Shown piece by piece: positions 5,081 to 5,897 of a DNA stretch of 5,897 bases. A program made the translations under genes and the position numbers. Positions within the stretch are counted from its first letter, which is position 1; each line of letters opens with the position of its first letter. The DNA is from a virus. The DNA lies in IMG/VR virus record IMGVR_UViG_3300022758_000044, positions 1 to 5,897 of that record. The stretch is one strand, 5' to 3'. The notes under the pieces are model-generated. The model did no database searches and had not been told where the DNA came from. It saw nothing but the letters and a program-made list of their open reading frames with translations.

Positions 5081-5897
5081 TTACCAAATCATTCGCGCCA
5101 CAGGTTTTCCGTCGGCGCCGTATATTGTAGGCACATCCACTTTTTTGACAGCGTTTTGCGGACCTCGGAGCGCTTTGGCTCCCGCCTTGAAGCCAATGAT
5201 TCGCCCGGCAATGTCCGTGAGCATCTGTGCCCCTTGCGCTGCGTAATCTGCCCATGTTTTCCAGTTTGTGTATTCGCCTGTTTCGAAGAGCGTCGCCAGC
5301 TCTTTGGCTTTCGCTTCCAGCATGCGCGCATCTGCGTTTTTCGCCGCCGCTAGTGCTTCCATGTACACGTATTTCTTTTTCTCTGTGTTCAGTTCGGCGA
5401 GTGCTTTGGCTGCTGCTGCGTTTTGCTGTCGTTCGTAGATTTGCGCCTGCGTGTTTAGCACGTCTTGCGTTCCCTGTCGTGATTTTAGGCGACGTCCGAT
5501 AATCGAGTGTTCTCCAAACATGTCGTCGTATGCGTCGAGTCTGTCCTTTTCGTTTCCTTCGAAAGCGTCGTCGAAGTAGCTTTCCAGATTTCGAATATAC
5601 TCGCCTTTTCCTCTCTCGAAGAGCTCCCGATATTTGACTGGTCGCATTTGCATTTCCGTGATTTTCTGTTCGGTGATGTTCTCTGCTTCTGCTCGCTGTT
5701 TTGCTGCTGCTGCGTTGATTTCGTCAATCTGTGCATCTTTCACTGCAAGGTCTTTTTTCATCGATACGAGCCCCAGCCCCATTTGCGCTTGCTGTATCGC
5801 TGCTGCTTGTTGTGCTGCCGCGCCGTCGGCTCGACCTGCTTCGGCGCCTCCTGTTTCGCCTTGTGGTGCGCCTGTTGTTGCTCCGCCAGCGCCGCCG
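5081..5897 (-). CDS. VP2: Microviridae DNA pilot / minor capsid protein (VP2-like), C-terminal part. The reading frame runs open off the window end and continues, by circular wrap, into 1..465.
   Basis: A 233-aa ORF (5081..5782) rich in Ala/Gln/Glu coiled-coil sequence (AAAAKQRAEAENITEQ... QQNAAAAKALAELNTEKKKY). The frame stays open upstream through the 127-bp repeat. The gene sits between VP1 and Rep, as in gokushovirus-like and Alpavirinae-like genomes. The stop codon TAA is at 5081..5083. Confidence 0.8.
   Translation of the reverse strand, partial: GGAGGATTGAPQGETGGAEAGRADGAAAQQAAAIQQAQMGLGLVSMKKDLAVKDAQIDEINAAAAKQRAEAENITEQKITEMQMRPVKYRELFERGKGEYIRNLESYFDDAFEGNEKDRLDAYDDMFGEHSIIGRRLKSRQGTQDVLNTQAQIYERQQNAAAAKALAELNTEKKKYVYMEALAAAKNADARMLEAKAKELATLFETGEYTNWKTWADYAAQGAQMLTDIAGRIIGFKAGAKALRGPQNAVKKVDVPTIYGADGKPVARMIW

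Noticed and set aside
4812-5255. The N-terminal 148 codons of the 460-aa track ORF (3873..5255), MGRLRSARGTDAHGHCRANH..., extending Rep upstream.
   Set aside because: This stretch is a highly Arg/Ala/Ser-rich, low-complexity translation of the GC-rich intergenic block. The conserved microvirus Rep N-terminus (MC...PFGCGKCIECR) begins exactly at the ATG at 4811. The extension would also run through the hairpin and palindrome cluster and overlap the pilot gene's 3' end.
5089-5736. The alternate-frame ORFs 5089..5331 (-), 5485..5736 (-), and the + strand ORFs at 5052..5502.
   Set aside because: They are embedded in, or antisense to, the pilot protein gene, with low-complexity composition and no independent support.

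Overview
The window is a complete circular ssDNA bacteriophage genome of the family Microviridae, linearised with an exact 127-bp terminal overlap (1..127 is identical to 5771..5897), giving a unit length of 5770 nt. Every credible gene lies on the minus strand. The major capsid protein VP1 (663 aa, 1042..3033) carries the HGFNRS...LVPYFCDIGLNG N-terminal signature. The rolling-circle Rep VP4 runs 3873..4811, with its start refined to the Microviridae MC...PFGCGKCxxCR N-terminus; it contains FMTMTF, HLHGFLW and YCVKYVSK motifs. A Gly/Ala-rich coiled-coil DNA-pilot protein (VP2-like, 384 aa) spans the linearisation point (465..1 then 5770..5081), so the ORF track reports only its C-terminal 233 aa. 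There is also a 117-aa acidic scaffold-like ORF and four small, partly overlapping ORFs between Rep and VP1. One of these is a 67-aa single-transmembrane protein and is a candidate lysis protein. No gene has a Shine-Dalgarno sequence and leaders are A-rich. Together with the large VP1 this suggests an Alpavirinae-like phage of a Bacteroidota host (inference). The most unusual region is the 269-nt GC-rich, hairpin-dense intergenic block between the pilot gene and Rep (4812..5080). Adjacent to it is a 25-nt stretch at the Rep start with 19/25 identity to the phiX174 viral-strand origin as recalled from memory. That match lies on the T-rich strand, which is antisense to all genes.
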